A DNA stretch of 64,000 nucleotides, taken from contig JBFIJL010000004.1 of assembly GCA_041600755.1 (NCBI GenBank), forward strand, positions 10,612-74,611. Direction: 5' to 3'. Origin of the DNA: Candidatus Saccharimonadales bacterium (GTDB taxonomy: Bacteria > Patescibacteriota > Saccharimonadia > Saccharimonadales > JAXHNE01). Below the pieces are notes generated by a model, which saw only the letters and a list, made by a program, of their open reading frames with translations, was not told where the DNA came from and did no database searches. Of this stretch, positions 23,899 to 33,939 are shown piece after piece (positions within the stretch are counted from its first letter, which is position 1; every line of letters starts with the position of its first letter). The position numbers were made by a program, and so were the translations under genes.

Positions 23899-24918
23899 TT
23901 AAAAATCTCCACAACTGGATGCGACACTGTTTGAAGCTCCAGGGACCACGTTATATATTTTGCATATCTGCTGGGATGTCTCGAGGGCTGCACGAGGAGC
24001 AGCTCTTGAAGAGCCACCGTCTGCGTACCCACTCAGTGGTCTTCGGACCTTAATGCGACGTATTACATCGCTAGCCCTAGCGGTCACGTCTATTACCGCT
24101 TGAGCATTTTTGAACAAGATCGGAGAGTTAGCTGGACTCTTGGCACTAACCGACAAATTAAAATCATGGTAGATTCCTCGCACCCTAACATATGCAATCG
24201 TTGTGCTTAGTCCATCGATTTCGATCTTGCATCCAGCAGCAACCGTACAGTTTACGGGCACAATTTGACCTTGATTTGCTGCACCCGCACTACTCGCCAA
24301 GCTTATAGTCCCTGGATGAGCTAAGTTATCTGGGTATAGGAATGCCGTAAATGCATCGTCTGCGTTATTAATATCGGTTACTATATCAACTCTAACAACT
24401 GCAGCCTGGCAACTTGAGGTGGCCGGGAAGCTAGGAAACTGATTGCAGGCTGCAGAAAACTGACCCACACCCCACTCGAATGTTATTGAACTAACGGCCG
24501 CCCCGCCTGCATCTGATACAGGGAATATTTCGGGCTGATGGGTGACGCCAGCAATTTCTAAGTTCTCTGGATTCACGTCAAAGAGTGAACATGTGATCTC
24601 TAGAATGCCAGGCTCAACACTAATATCGCCATTACTGAGATACGGAGTATCTCCACAAGTAGATTTAATCGAATCTTCATCATCTGGTGGAGTTGTGCTT
24701 AATTTTTTTGCGATTGCTTCAACGCCCGATTCTGCAACATACAGCGCCTGTGAGTTTAGCTGTCTGTCCAGCGCCTGTCGCTGTTCGCGTCGCACTAACA
24801 TAGAGTAGTTTACGACCACCAAACTAACTACCAATACGAGGAAAACAGCAACCATAATTGCAACCATTCCTGATGAGTTGTCTCTTAGTGAAGTTAATTT
24901 AAACTTTTTCATATCCAT
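23899..24918 (-). CDS. PilX-like pilus assembly protein / large minor pilin
   Basis: N-terminal hydrophobic helix (GMVAIMVAVFLVLVVSLVVV) followed by ALYVAESGVE, the PilX N-terminal pattern. Last gene of the pilus array. Confidence 0.55.
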   Translation of the reverse strand: MDMKKFKLTSLRDNSSGMVAIMVAVFLVLVVSLVVVNYSMLVRREQRQALDRQLNSQALYVAESGVEAIAKKLSTTPPDDEDSIKSTCGDTPYLSNGDISVEPGILEITCSLFDVNPENLEIAGVTHQPEIFPVSDAGGAAVSSITFEWGVGQFSAACNQFPSFPATSSCQAAVVRVDIVTDINNADDAFTAFLYPDNLAHPGTISLASSAGAANQGQIVPVNCTVAAGCKIEIDGLSTTIAYVRVRGIYHDFNLSVSAKSPANSPILFKNAQAVIDVTARASDVIRRIKVRRPLSGYADGGSSRAAPRAALETSQQICKIYNVVPGASNSVASSCGDF

Positions 24919-24920
24919 AA

Positions 24921-25478
24921 TTATAACCTGCTAATGACTGTTGTTTCTAATTTAACGGAAGCGCAGTACTCAGAGCCTGGAACCGCTTTACAGCTACCCC
25001 CAGAGAACAATTCACCACCAAAAAGTGGCTCGCCTTCTGGTAGTGATACGAGATGAACCATGACTTTATAAATTCCCTGACCTGACACTGGTTCAGTAAT
25101 TGAAAGTCCATACAGATACATTCCTTGCGGCACCAGTTCTTTGCCGTCGATCGGCGCTCCAGTACATGAAGAAACACGCTGAAGCGCATGCGTGGAACCA
25201 AGAACTTGTGCACTCGGCACACTGGCAAACTTGTAACCAGTATCGCCGACACATATCCTGTTGGGTAGAATGGTCAGATCGCCATTAGTGAACTGTAGAT
25301 TTTGTGATATTTCATCAACAATCGCTCGTGTTGCGTCCTGCACCTTAGACTGTGCGGTAGTCTTGTAATACACTTTACCGATATATATAAGCCCAGAACT
25401 TATGACCAAGAGTACAACTGAAAAAACAGTTGTGGCGATTAAGAGCTCGACAACAGTAAAGCCTTTGTTGTGTTTCAT
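24921..25478 (-). CDS. prepilin-type minor pilin
   Basis: MKHNKG|FTVVELLIATTVFSVVLLV: class III signal with Gly -1, Phe +1, Glu +5. Confidence 0.65.
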   Translation of the reverse strand: MKHNKGFTVVELLIATTVFSVVLLVISSGLIYIGKVYYKTTAQSKVQDATRAIVDEISQNLQFTNGDLTILPNRICVGDTGYKFASVPSAQVLGSTHALQRVSSCTGAPIDGKELVPQGMYLYGLSITEPVSGQGIYKVMVHLVSLPEGEPLFGGELFSGGSCKAVPGSEYCASVKLETTVISRL

Positions 25479-25936
25479 TAAAGCGATGCCTTGTATTTTA
25501 TAACCACCCTATCGTTATTGCCCTGGACGGACTCCCATGAAGTAGTCACAGTAAACAGCACGTCTCCAGACGGAGCAGATTTATTAATTTCTACATTGTA
25601 ACCATTAGGAATTACTCCAAATGAACACTGTGAGGGTGTGTCTGTTGTTGACTTGAAATCAAATCCACCAGCACCATTTTCGGCAATGCAAAAAATAGCT
25701 GGCAGCGAAGGAGCTTTAAGGGCTGATCCATTGTTTTTGATATTGTATTTCAGTAATTCAACTTGAGTTTCGGTGATTTTTAACGCTTCAGCTCTTTCAT
25801 GAGAGGCACGAGTACCTTTTGTGCCTCGATCCATGGTGGCGAATGCTCCGCCAAGCGCAGCACTCACGACTACAATAGCAAGAAGCACCTCAAGTATGGT
25901 GTCGCCATTTTTATTAAGTATCATCATAGTGCGCAC
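25478..25936 (-). CDS. prepilin-like minor pilin
   Basis: ...NKNG|DTILEVLLAIVVVSAALGGAF: Gly -1, Glu +5 and a hydrophobic helix. Confidence 0.6.
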   Translation of the reverse strand: MRTMMILNKNGDTILEVLLAIVVVSAALGGAFATMDRGTKGTRASHERAEALKITETQVELLKYNIKNNGSALKAPSLPAIFCIAENGAGGFDFKSTTDTPSQCSFGVIPNGYNVEINKSAPSGDVLFTVTTSWESVQGNNDRVVIKYKASL

Positions 25937-26727
25937 GGCCCATTATTTATGATCGGGGAAGAAACTCCATAACCATCAGCGCCACCGATAACAATGACTG
26001 CATGAGCATCGGTAGCCTTACTGTTGATACATACAGAAATTGGACCTTCATCCAGCCTTGCTGAGTCATCCTCGGTTTTCAGCTTCAGGTTCCCAAAGTC
26101 GCCGGCAGCAACACCAGGCACTACAAAAAGCTCCTGTCTCAAACCCGCACCCTCCAGGTTACCCGTAGTAAACGTAGCAAGCGAAGTCGTAAATGCAAAC
26201 GCATTCATTTTGTCAGCTCCTGTCTCAATCTTGAAAAACGATATCACCTCAGAAAATGATTTCGTCTCAACCAATATGTCGCTGATCGTAACATCTGCCT
26301 CGCTCAATGTCTCCACGTCTTTCTGTCCCGATCCGACTGGCTCCAGCCTGTTGCCAAACAATGTATAAATATCTATTTCATTTTGCTTGCCGCTAACTTT
26401 TATATGAAATAGGCGACCAAGAAATAGACAATCTCCATTTGAGCCCAAAACAGATGTAGAAACTGTTGTGAGGGTCGGAGGATCATCGGATCCAACCCCA
26501 CCGATGCATTCGAAACCTCCTGGGTTTGGGTAGTAGCCAGTACTAACGTCATTACTAACATCGCGAAGGAATGATTCGACCTCACGCACAGTTTGAGTAA
26601 ACTCGGTTCGAGCTTGCTGACCAGATATCATCATAGCCGCGCCAACAAACAAACTACCGGTTACCGCTAGGTAAATTAATGTTTCTACAACTGTGTAGCC
26701 CCCACGCCGACTACCGAGACTCTTCAT
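25924..26727 (-). CDS. prepilin-type minor pilin (267 aa)
   Basis: From ATG 26727: MKSLGSRRGG|YTVVETLIYLAVTGSLFVGAAMM, a class III signal. Confidence 0.6.
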   Translation of the reverse strand: MKSLGSRRGGYTVVETLIYLAVTGSLFVGAAMMISGQQARTEFTQTVREVESFLRDVSNDVSTGYYPNPGGFECIGGVGSDDPPTLTTVSTSVLGSNGDCLFLGRLFHIKVSGKQNEIDIYTLFGNRLEPVGSGQKDVETLSEADVTISDILVETKSFSEVISFFKIETGADKMNAFAFTTSLATFTTGNLEGAGLRQELFVVPGVAAGDFGNLKLKTEDDSARLDEGPISVCINSKATDAHAVIVIGGADGYGVSSPIINNGPCAL

Positions 26728-26768
26728 AGTAAAAGTATAGCATAAGCGGTGTATCACAAGCTGTGAAA

Positions 26769-27596
26769 TTACAGATACAGGAACTGCGACGCATACCAAC
26801 TGGTCAACTCACGACCAAACAGTATGACTACGAATAATCCGAATATCAAAAGTGGACCAAATGGCAACTTGATTGATTTTTTTGACTTCCCTTTTACTAG
26901 TGAAGGTATAGCTATAATCGTCCCCAAAAGTGAGGCAATAAAGAGTAGTAGTAGCGCATTAAGTGCAGAGCCCGCCAACAAACCTAATGCTGGAGCTAGC
27001 TTGACGTCACCGCCGCCAATCCAGGCACCTTTTGAAACCTGAAACAGCACATAGAATAGCGCAAACAATACTGCCCCGCCGCTAATCGCTTTCAGTAAAT
27101 AGTGCGCAGACACGTCACCATCGGCAAAGAGCGCACCCGAGAACGCCACAGCAAGCAGACTGGCGCTTATGACAAGTTTATCCGGCAGCTCAAGCCACTT
27201 TTGATCATATACAAGCAGCGCAATCATGTTGGTAGCAAGCAACAGCCAAACTGCAAACGCAATCCAAGACAACCCCGTCAACTGGTATGGCCAGTAGACA
27301 AAGAATAATACAAACAAGCTCGCGGTGAGCAGTTCGACAAATGGATACTGCCAACCGATTGATTTTCTGCAATAGCGGCACTTTCCGCCAAGCAATAACC
27401 AGCTGAAGACAGGCACAAGGTCAAAAGCAGAAAGTTCATGGCTGCAGTGCGTACACATTGATCGACCAGTCAATGGAGACAATGCCTTTCGCTTGGCTTT
27501 TGATCTAACATGCTCAAGTTCACGCAGTCGCCACACGAGTGCATTCACGAAACTGCCAAATGACAAACCAATCAAAAACAATAAACCATACGTCAT
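26769..27596 (-). CDS. pilD: prepilin peptidase (A24 family)
   Basis: SFVNALVWRL, Cys pairs (CTHCSH...CRYC), polytopic, and GGGDVKL containing the active-site Asp. Confidence 0.85.
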   Translation of the reverse strand: MTYGLLFLIGLSFGSFVNALVWRLRELEHVRSKAKRKALSPLTGRSMCTHCSHELSAFDLVPVFSWLLLGGKCRYCRKSIGWQYPFVELLTASLFVLFFVYWPYQLTGLSWIAFAVWLLLATNMIALLVYDQKWLELPDKLVISASLLAVAFSGALFADGDVSAHYLLKAISGGAVLFALFYVLFQVSKGAWIGGGDVKLAPALGLLAGSALNALLLLFIASLLGTIIAIPSLVKGKSKKSIKLPFGPLLIFGLFVVILFGRELTSWYASQFLYL

Positions 27597-27668
27597 ATAA
27601 AATTAAGCATAACAGAAAAACGCCCAGTAATGAGCGCTTTTCTTAGTTAATGCCTCCCAATTGGATCT

Positions 27669-28145
27669 TTAGATGTTTATGCATCTACCGGTCGTGCCGG
27701 AGCCGCCTTCTATCCCATATAGAAGAACCATTTTTCTAGTACTTGCGCTATCTGCCTCCGAAATACCATTGTCACCACACTTTGCACCAGTCATTACTTT
27801 CATGTCTGTGGTATTGGCAATTGCTGCATTCGCCCCAACACCCACAGTGAAGTTAGAAGTAGTAAGTGAATATTGCCCCAGACTTCCTGTGTCATTTATT
27901 ACAGCCGTAATGTTGGCATTTGACGCTCCCGCAACAAAGACTTTCCCATTATTATTAGATACCCAGTTATTAACTGCTGCAGCGACACGCGATGCATCAC
28001 TATTTCTCTGTGTGTTTCGTGAGTTGCGCTGCAATGCTGGAACTGCAAGGAATACTACAAGCAAGATAAGTCCAGCGATCGCCAAGACAATCAAAACTTC
28101 AATTATTGTAAAACCTTCGGTTTTATTCTTTAGATTTTTATACAT
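27669..28145 (-). CDS. pilA: major type IV pilin
   Basis: MYKNLKNKTEG|FTIIEVLIVLAIAGLILLVV. Has its own promoter and sits between pilC and pilD. Confidence 0.75.
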   Translation of the reverse strand: MYKNLKNKTEGFTIIEVLIVLAIAGLILLVVFLAVPALQRNSRNTQRNSDASRVAAAVNNWVSNNNGKVFVAGASNANITAVINDTGSLGQYSLTTSNFTVGVGANAAIANTTDMKVMTGAKCGDNGISEADSASTRKMVLLYGIEGGSGTTGRCINI

Positions 28146-28187
28146 TTCTGGTGCCCCTTTAAAAATGTTAATGCTTACTCATTCTAT

Positions 28188-28216
28188 ATAATACGAACTG
28201 TGCAGTGCAATTGCAA
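28188..28216 (-). promoter_or_regulatory. sigma70-like promoter TTGCAA-17-TATTAT for pilA
   Basis: Minus-strand TTGCAA (28216..28211), 17-nt spacer, TATTAT (28193..28188). An aaagggg RBS precedes the ATG. Confidence 0.5.
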
Positions 28217-28225
28217 GAAAAAGTC

Positions 28226-29440
28226 CTAAATGAAGCTCTTGCCTGCCAAGCCGTACACCGGCAATAGCACAGCTGCGACGATAATAAATGCGAAAATTCC
28301 GAGCACTACCATCAATACTGGCTCGATAATGGTAGAGATGGTTTTTATCTGTTCATCGACTTCCTTTTCAAAGTAATCAGCGGTCTTTTCAAGCATTTGT
28401 TCCACCGAACCTGACTGCTCGCCAATGCGCAGCATGTTCGGTACAAGTTCAAGGAAGTTTGGATCATCCTGAATTGAATCAGCCAACGAAGTACCACCCC
28501 TCACCTTGCTGATAGCACGGTGAATTGATTCCTCGAGATGAATATTATTAATAGCATTAGAGGTGATTTCCAGCACCTGAATCAGCGGCACACCACTGGC
28601 GACCAGCGTTGTACCCGTGCGAGCAAATCGAGCCATATACAGCTTCATGAACAGTGGTCCAATTGGCCATGCCTTCATTTTTAACTTGTCGGACAGGCGT
28701 TTCCCGCCAATTGTCTGAAGCCACTTGAAACCAAAAAATCCAAAGAGCGCCAGCAAGATCAAGAATACCCACCAAAAATTTACTAAGAAATTCGAAACAG
28801 CGAGCAACAGGCGCGTCACGAACGGCAATTCACCGCCCCCTATGCCATCATATAGCACTTCAACCTGCGGCAGCACGCTGACTAACATAAACCCAACCAC
28901 CGCACCCATCACCAACAATACGATGATCGGATAAACCATTGCGCCACGAACCTTGCTAATAATTTCGGCATCTTTTTCTTGCTGCAGTGCAATTCTCTCT
29001 AGAGATTTGTCGAGCGTACCTGATGTTTCACCAGCGGCAATTAAACTTACAAATATCTGGTTAAAGACTTTCGGATGTTTAGACAGTGCGACAGAAAAGG
29101 CGGTTCCTGCCTCGACATTACTAATAACATCATTCACCACAATTTTAAGTGGCTTATTTTGTGTTTGATTGCCGACATTTCGCAAGCTCTGTACCAATGG
29201 CAAGCCGGCGTTAATCAACGTAGAAAGTTGGCGAGAAAATAAGATCTTGTCCTTGATCTTCACCTTATTGAAAAATCCGCCAATAGCACCACTGCCAGCA
29301 TCGAGCGATTTTATACTAAGTGGCGACAGTCCCTGAGTATTAATCAATTTGGCGGCGGCTTGTTCGTTTTCTGCCTGAACTTCGGCTTTTATTTTCTTGC
29401 CGGTTGCAGAATCACGAGCAATGTATTGGAACGTTAGCAT
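28226..29440 (-). CDS. pilC: type IV pilus platform protein (GspF/PilC family)
   Basis: Two T2SS-F repeats (FSRQLSTLINAGLPLVQSL / FARTGTTLVASGVPLIQVL) and three TM segments. Confidence 0.88.
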   Translation of the reverse strand: MLTFQYIARDSATGKKIKAEVQAENEQAAAKLINTQGLSPLSIKSLDAGSGAIGGFFNKVKIKDKILFSRQLSTLINAGLPLVQSLRNVGNQTQNKPLKIVVNDVISNVEAGTAFSVALSKHPKVFNQIFVSLIAAGETSGTLDKSLERIALQQEKDAEIISKVRGAMVYPIIVLLVMGAVVGFMLVSVLPQVEVLYDGIGGGELPFVTRLLLAVSNFLVNFWWVFLILLALFGFFGFKWLQTIGGKRLSDKLKMKAWPIGPLFMKLYMARFARTGTTLVASGVPLIQVLEITSNAINNIHLEESIHRAISKVRGGTSLADSIQDDPNFLELVPNMLRIGEQSGSVEQMLEKTADYFEKEVDEQIKTISTIIEPVLMVVLGIFAFIIVAAVLLPVYGLAGKSFI

Positions 29441-29442
29441 GC

Positions 29443-30516
29443 CTAGCCTCTCATTAACCGATCTAGCTCATCAATGTCTACTGCGACATTCCGTGCTTCT
29501 TCATAAGTTATAGTTCCGGCGTGGATTAAGTTTACTAGTGTTTTGTCCATAGACTGCATACCGAATTCCGCTCCAGTTTGGATAACGGCTTCTAGTTGGT
29601 GCGTCTTGCCTTCGCGGATAATATTGCGCACAGCTGGTGTTGCGACAAGAATCTCGGCAGCTGCTACTCGCCCGCCACCAATGGTAGGTACGAGTCTCTG
29701 AGAACAAATTGCCATCAAAATGTTAGAAAGCTGCGATCTAATTTGTGGCTGTTGGTGCGGAGGAAATACATCAACCATACGATCAATACTCTGTGACGCC
29801 GAGTTGGTGTGCAGTGTTGCAAAAACCAAGTGACCGGTTTCTGCGATTGTGATCGCCGCGGCGATAGTTTCAAGGTCACGCATTTCGCCGATCAATACAA
29901 CATCAGGGTCCTGGCGCAAACTACTACGAAGTGCAGCCGAGAATGAATAGGTATCGTAGTGCACCTCTCGCTGCACAATGACAGATTTATTTGAGGTATG
30001 TGTAAATTCAATTGGATCCTCAATAGTCACAATGTGCTCTGCTCGCTCATTATTGATCTTGTGTATGAGTGCTGCCAGTGTTGTTGATTTACCCGAACCA
30101 GTAGGTCCAGTTACCAGAACAAGACCACGTGGATACTCGGCAAATTTATTTGCAATTTGCGGCAAACCTAGTTGTTCAATTGTGAGTAGTTCGTTAGGAA
30201 TGAGTCTAAGCGCTGCAGCTAGGTTTCCGCGCTCATGGAAGGCGTTTACTCGGAACCGACCAAGATCACCAAATGCGAAACTGAAATCAAACTCCTTGTC
30301 CTTGAGAAGTATTTGCTTCTGGTCTTCGTCAAGAATTGCAAAAATGAGAGTCTCAACAGTTTCTTCACTGAGTGGATCTGCACCTGTCACTGGTGTTAAT
30401 GCACCGTCTATTCGCAACATTGGCGGCAAGCCTACCTGTAAGTGAAGGTCGGATGACTTCTTTTTAATAACTTCCTCGAGTAATACTTCGATTCGTGGTG
30501 CTGCTTTTGCTGTCAT
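29443..30516 (-). CDS. pilT: twitching-motility retraction ATPase PilT
   Basis: SDLHLQVG, Walker A GPTGSGKSTT, IVTIEDPIE, REALRQDPDV-like LRQDPDVVLIGEMRD, and the AHxxxGH-like TGHLVFATLHT. Confidence 0.9.
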   Translation of the reverse strand: MTAKAAPRIEVLLEEVIKKKSSDLHLQVGLPPMLRIDGALTPVTGADPLSEETVETLIFAILDEDQKQILLKDKEFDFSFAFGDLGRFRVNAFHERGNLAAALRLIPNELLTIEQLGLPQIANKFAEYPRGLVLVTGPTGSGKSTTLAALIHKINNERAEHIVTIEDPIEFTHTSNKSVIVQREVHYDTYSFSAALRSSLRQDPDVVLIGEMRDLETIAAAITIAETGHLVFATLHTNSASQSIDRMVDVFPPHQQPQIRSQLSNILMAICSQRLVPTIGGGRVAAAEILVATPAVRNIIREGKTHQLEAVIQTGAEFGMQSMDKTLVNLIHAGTITYEEARNVAVDIDELDRLMRG

Positions 30517-30531
30517 ATCTATTCCCCTCCC

Positions 30532-32328
30532 TTATGCACTGTTAGCGCTAGCCACGCGGTTAACTTCTGCGACTGTTGTTTGTCCTGCAAGCGCCTTCAG
30601 GTAACCATCTTGGCGCATTGTAAGCATTCCCTGCTTTTGTGCCATTTCTTGAATCTCGGAACTTGTTGAACGCTTGAGAATCAAATCTTGAATCTCATTG
30701 GTCACCGAGAATACCTCGTACAGTCCCATTCGACCCTTGTAGCCACCTGGTGTATTTGGACTATCGATGCCCTTGGTTAAAGTATAAGCGTTTTGACCAC
30801 TTAGAGGCAAGTCATTGTAGCCGATGTCCTCACCGACCCGCGCCTGATCCTCAACTTTCTGTGGCAAGAATCCACCCAATGCCTCTTTTATTGACGCGGT
30901 CTCAACTGCATTAGATTGATAGGTCTCACGGTCTTCGCCGATACGACGCACTAAACGCTGACCGATCACCGTGTGAACCGTGCTTGCTATAAGGAACGGC
31001 TCGATGCCCATATCTAGTAAGCGAGGCAAGATTCCAGCTGCCGAGTTGGTGTGAAGTGTCGAGAACACCAAGTGGCCAGTAAGTGCGGCCTGTACGGCAA
31101 GAGTGGCTGTTTCTTTGTCTCTAATTTCACCAACCATTACAACATCAGGGTCCTGGCGCAAGATTGAGCGAAGCCCGGAAGCAAAGGTTAACCCTACTTC
31201 GGCGTTAACTTGTATCTGATTAATGCCATCCATTTTGTATTCAACTGGATCCTCGAGCGTTACGATGTTAACCGTGTCATCTTTTATCTCCTGCAGCAGA
31301 GCATACAAAGATGTCGACTTACCTGATCCGGTCGGACCTGAAGTTAGAATCATGCCGTTAGACTGCTTTAATCCTTCACGTATAGTTCGAAGCGCTCTTC
31401 CGCGATAACCCATTTCTTCCAAATGCAAGCTTGTTCCAGACTTATCAAGTAAACGAATAACTACCTGCTCGCCCCAAACCACTGGTGATATAGCTATACG
31501 AAGATCGATGTCTTTTTCGGCTACGTGGATAGTAAACTGACCATCCTGCGGAATACGATGTTCGTCAATTTTAAGATTAGACAAAATTTTAATACGCGAC
31601 ACCAAGGCTGGTTCAGTAGACTTTGGAAGCTTCATTATCTCGCGAAGCACACCGTCAATTCGAGCGCGAATTTTCAGTTCATTTTCAAGTGGTTCAATAT
31701 GAATATCGCTTGCTCGGTTCTTTGCTGCATACTCTAAAATCGTTGACAATGCCTTGCTGATTGGTGAATCCTGAACAATGGTTTTGATAGCGGCTTTTTT
31801 GTCGTTTGTCTTTCGTTTGGCTGGGCTAGCATCTTCTGTTGCCTGATTTTCACGATGCATAGAATCAGCAACGCTCATATCAATCTCTACCTGATATTGT
31901 TTGAGTACTGATCGAACCCCTTCTTCACTCGCTGAATACACTTTCAATGGGCGCCCAATCTTATTAGATAGAAAGTCTACTGCTTGTACGTTGTCGGCAT
32001 CTAACATAGCTACAACTAGCCGATTCTGCATCTCTCCCAGTGGGACAGCCATATACTGCTGCGCAATGTCCTTAGGAAGCAGTTTCAATATTTCGGGATT
32101 AACCCGAGCAACGCTAAGATTCACGTAGGGAACGTTATTCACCTGCGCCACGATCTTTGTCAGATCTTCATTGTCTACATGTTTTTCGTTCAATAGAAGT
32201 GAAAATAGAGGAGTAGCTGTATCGGCCGACTTCTTCTTCAAGTCCTCCAGTGCGCTTGACTCGATAATTTTTTCTTCTACAAGTTTCTTTTCAACCTGCT
32301 TCTGGACAGATGTTGAGAGTACACTCAT
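30532..32328 (-). CDS. pilB: type IV pilus assembly ATPase PilB (GspE family)
   Basis: N-terminal T2SS-E N domains, SDIHIEP, Walker A GPTGSGKSTS, LRQDPDVVMVGEIRD. Confidence 0.9.
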   Translation of the reverse strand: MSVLSTSVQKQVEKKLVEEKIIESSALEDLKKKSADTATPLFSLLLNEKHVDNEDLTKIVAQVNNVPYVNLSVARVNPEILKLLPKDIAQQYMAVPLGEMQNRLVVAMLDADNVQAVDFLSNKIGRPLKVYSASEEGVRSVLKQYQVEIDMSVADSMHRENQATEDASPAKRKTNDKKAAIKTIVQDSPISKALSTILEYAAKNRASDIHIEPLENELKIRARIDGVLREIMKLPKSTEPALVSRIKILSNLKIDEHRIPQDGQFTIHVAEKDIDLRIAISPVVWGEQVVIRLLDKSGTSLHLEEMGYRGRALRTIREGLKQSNGMILTSGPTGSGKSTSLYALLQEIKDDTVNIVTLEDPVEYKMDGINQIQVNAEVGLTFASGLRSILRQDPDVVMVGEIRDKETATLAVQAALTGHLVFSTLHTNSAAGILPRLLDMGIEPFLIASTVHTVIGQRLVRRIGEDRETYQSNAVETASIKEALGGFLPQKVEDQARVGEDIGYNDLPLSGQNAYTLTKGIDSPNTPGGYKGRMGLYEVFSVTNEIQDLILKRSTSSEIQEMAQKQGMLTMRQDGYLKALAGQTTVAEVNRVASANSA

Positions 32329-32339
32329 GCATCAACCAC

Positions 32340-32591
32340 TTAGTTGGTTCCCGTGCTGAACGGATTGTCGTTTGTACCCTCACCAATACGTATAATTTGC
32401 GTAGGGTTGTTAGACTCAGTATTGAAGTATCTAGGGTCGGGGATTATGAATTCTGAAGTAATCGGTTTCACGACTTCAGCAGACGCGGTTAGTGAATCAC
32501 TAGGAGTTATAATGTATTTTGAAATTAGCAGTGAAAAAACACCAGCAAATATGGTGACAACTACTATGAGTGTGATATCTTTTTGCTTCAC
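32340..32591 (-). CDS. small membrane-anchored pilus-operon protein (83 aa), hypothetical
   Basis: One N-terminal TM helix (ITLIVVVTIFAGVFSLLI). Overlaps the upstream gene by 4 nt. Confidence 0.4.
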   Translation of the reverse strand: MKQKDITLIVVVTIFAGVFSLLISKYIITPSDSLTASAEVVKPITSEFIIPDPRYFNTESNNPTQIIRIGEGTNDNPFSTGTN

Positions 32592-33259
32592 TTGACTTCC
32601 TCCAGAGTTATGTCCACTCCACTCTCCGGTAGATAGTACGTTTTGGCATCCACCGTAACAGCTACACTGCTGTCGTTCGAACTTGACAGTGAAATCACTC
32701 TTACATTAAATGGGCGAATTGATTTTTGGAGCTTATCGAACAATAATTTTGAGCCATCAAAGTTTGTCTCAACGCTAAATGAAAATGGAATTTCGACAGG
32801 AGAGGAGGCGTCAACTGAAGCACTCTGCGTCACCTGCTCATCGGTTCCATTTATCGAGCTAACGGCAAAACCTTGGTCGTTCAAAATCTTGTACACGCTT
32901 GTAGCTAGGGCCGGAAAATCGTATTTACTTGGAAGTGCATCAAGAACAATCCTCGCATTGTCGCCGTCTCGTTCTCCTTCGCCAACCGGATTGCCGCCTA
33001 TGGCATTTTCTGGACTTGAAACAAATGCTTGATAAGAGGCCACAAGTGTGTCGGTAGCTGAAATATTGGCTTTTAGTTGACTAAGAGCTACAGACTTCTT
33101 GGTAATTACACGCGACTGAAAGCCGCGCTGATCCCATAAAGCTTTTGAAGCAACAAGTGAGAACGTCACTAATACAGCCGCAATAGATACGGCAAGTATT
33201 ACTGTCGAGTTTGCCTTATCAACAAGCGTTCGTTTTGTAGACGGAGTATTCAATTTCAT
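32588..33259 (-). CDS. PilO-like pilus alignment protein
   Basis: Single TM helix (VILAVSIAAVLVTFSLVA), then a coiled region and a periplasmic-type domain. Sits after pilN with a 4-nt overlap. Confidence 0.45.
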   Translation of the reverse strand: MKLNTPSTKRTLVDKANSTVILAVSIAAVLVTFSLVASKALWDQRGFQSRVITKKSVALSQLKANISATDTLVASYQAFVSSPENAIGGNPVGEGERDGDNARIVLDALPSKYDFPALATSVYKILNDQGFAVSSINGTDEQVTQSASVDASSPVEIPFSFSVETNFDGSKLLFDKLQKSIRPFNVRVISLSSSNDSSVAVTVDAKTYYLPESGVDITLEEVK

Positions 33260-33939
33260 AGTGCGCCTTCCGATTGCTCTTGTTTTTTGAATAAATTCTC
33301 TGATGGTTTCTCTGTCTCAGATCGAGTCGATACAATTTTCGGAACCGTTAGTGTGATCTCGGTCTGTGAATCAAAAATAAATGCATCAAAGGAAAGGTCT
33401 ATGTCGTAGGTCGAGTTCTCTCTGTCGGTGCCAAAACTTGTCAATACGACATCTTTAAATGCTGGAGAATCGGATCCTGAAGAGTCTTCATAAGTAGTGA
33501 ACTTGAGTGTGTCAACAAACTTATTAATGGTTGCAAGTGAGTCCGCTGATCCAGAAAAATTAATCGTAAGTAGTTCAAAATCAACTACGACATTTGATAT
33601 TGATGTGTTTACGGGAACGATTTGAGGTAAGTAAGTATAGAGTCGCGTCACAACTGGTTTTGAGTCATGCAATGCCCCGACATTATTAAGTTGATTCTGG
33701 ATTGTTAAAATTTTGTTGAGATCTTCGATATCATTCAAACGTGTCTTAGCGACATTTATATCATCGGAAAGATTCTCGATATGCTGTTTTTGGAACATGT
33801 TTACAGTCAAAAAAAGCAGCGCAAACAATGCAATTGATGCCGCCGATACCGTGCCAGCAATAAGAATTACATTTCGCTTGGCTCGCCGAGCTTTGATGTA
33901 CTCCATCTTGATGTCCGGAAGTAAATTAAACTGGATCAT
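33256..33939 (-). CDS. pilN: PilN-like pilus assembly protein
   Basis: MIQFNLLPD...RRAKRN followed by a TM helix, the typical PilN N-terminus. Confidence 0.65.
   Translation of the reverse strand: MIQFNLLPDIKMEYIKARRAKRNVILIAGTVSAASIALFALLFLTVNMFQKQHIENLSDDINVAKTRLNDIEDLNKILTIQNQLNNVGALHDSKPVVTRLYTYLPQIVPVNTSISNVVVDFELLTINFSGSADSLATINKFVDTLKFTTYEDSSGSDSPAFKDVVLTSFGTDRENSTYDIDLSFDAFIFDSQTEITLTVPKIVSTRSETEKPSENLFKKQEQSEGAL

Noticed and set aside
27673-28191. 172-aa plus-strand ORF antisense to pilA. The same applies to the many other long antisense ORFs, for example 40085..40555, 44306..44821, 29978..30445, 10474..10923 and 54877..55362.
   Set aside because: Each lies fully inside a confidently identified gene on the opposite strand, lacks any motif or RBS, and has skewed S/P/R/C-rich composition typical of antisense frames.
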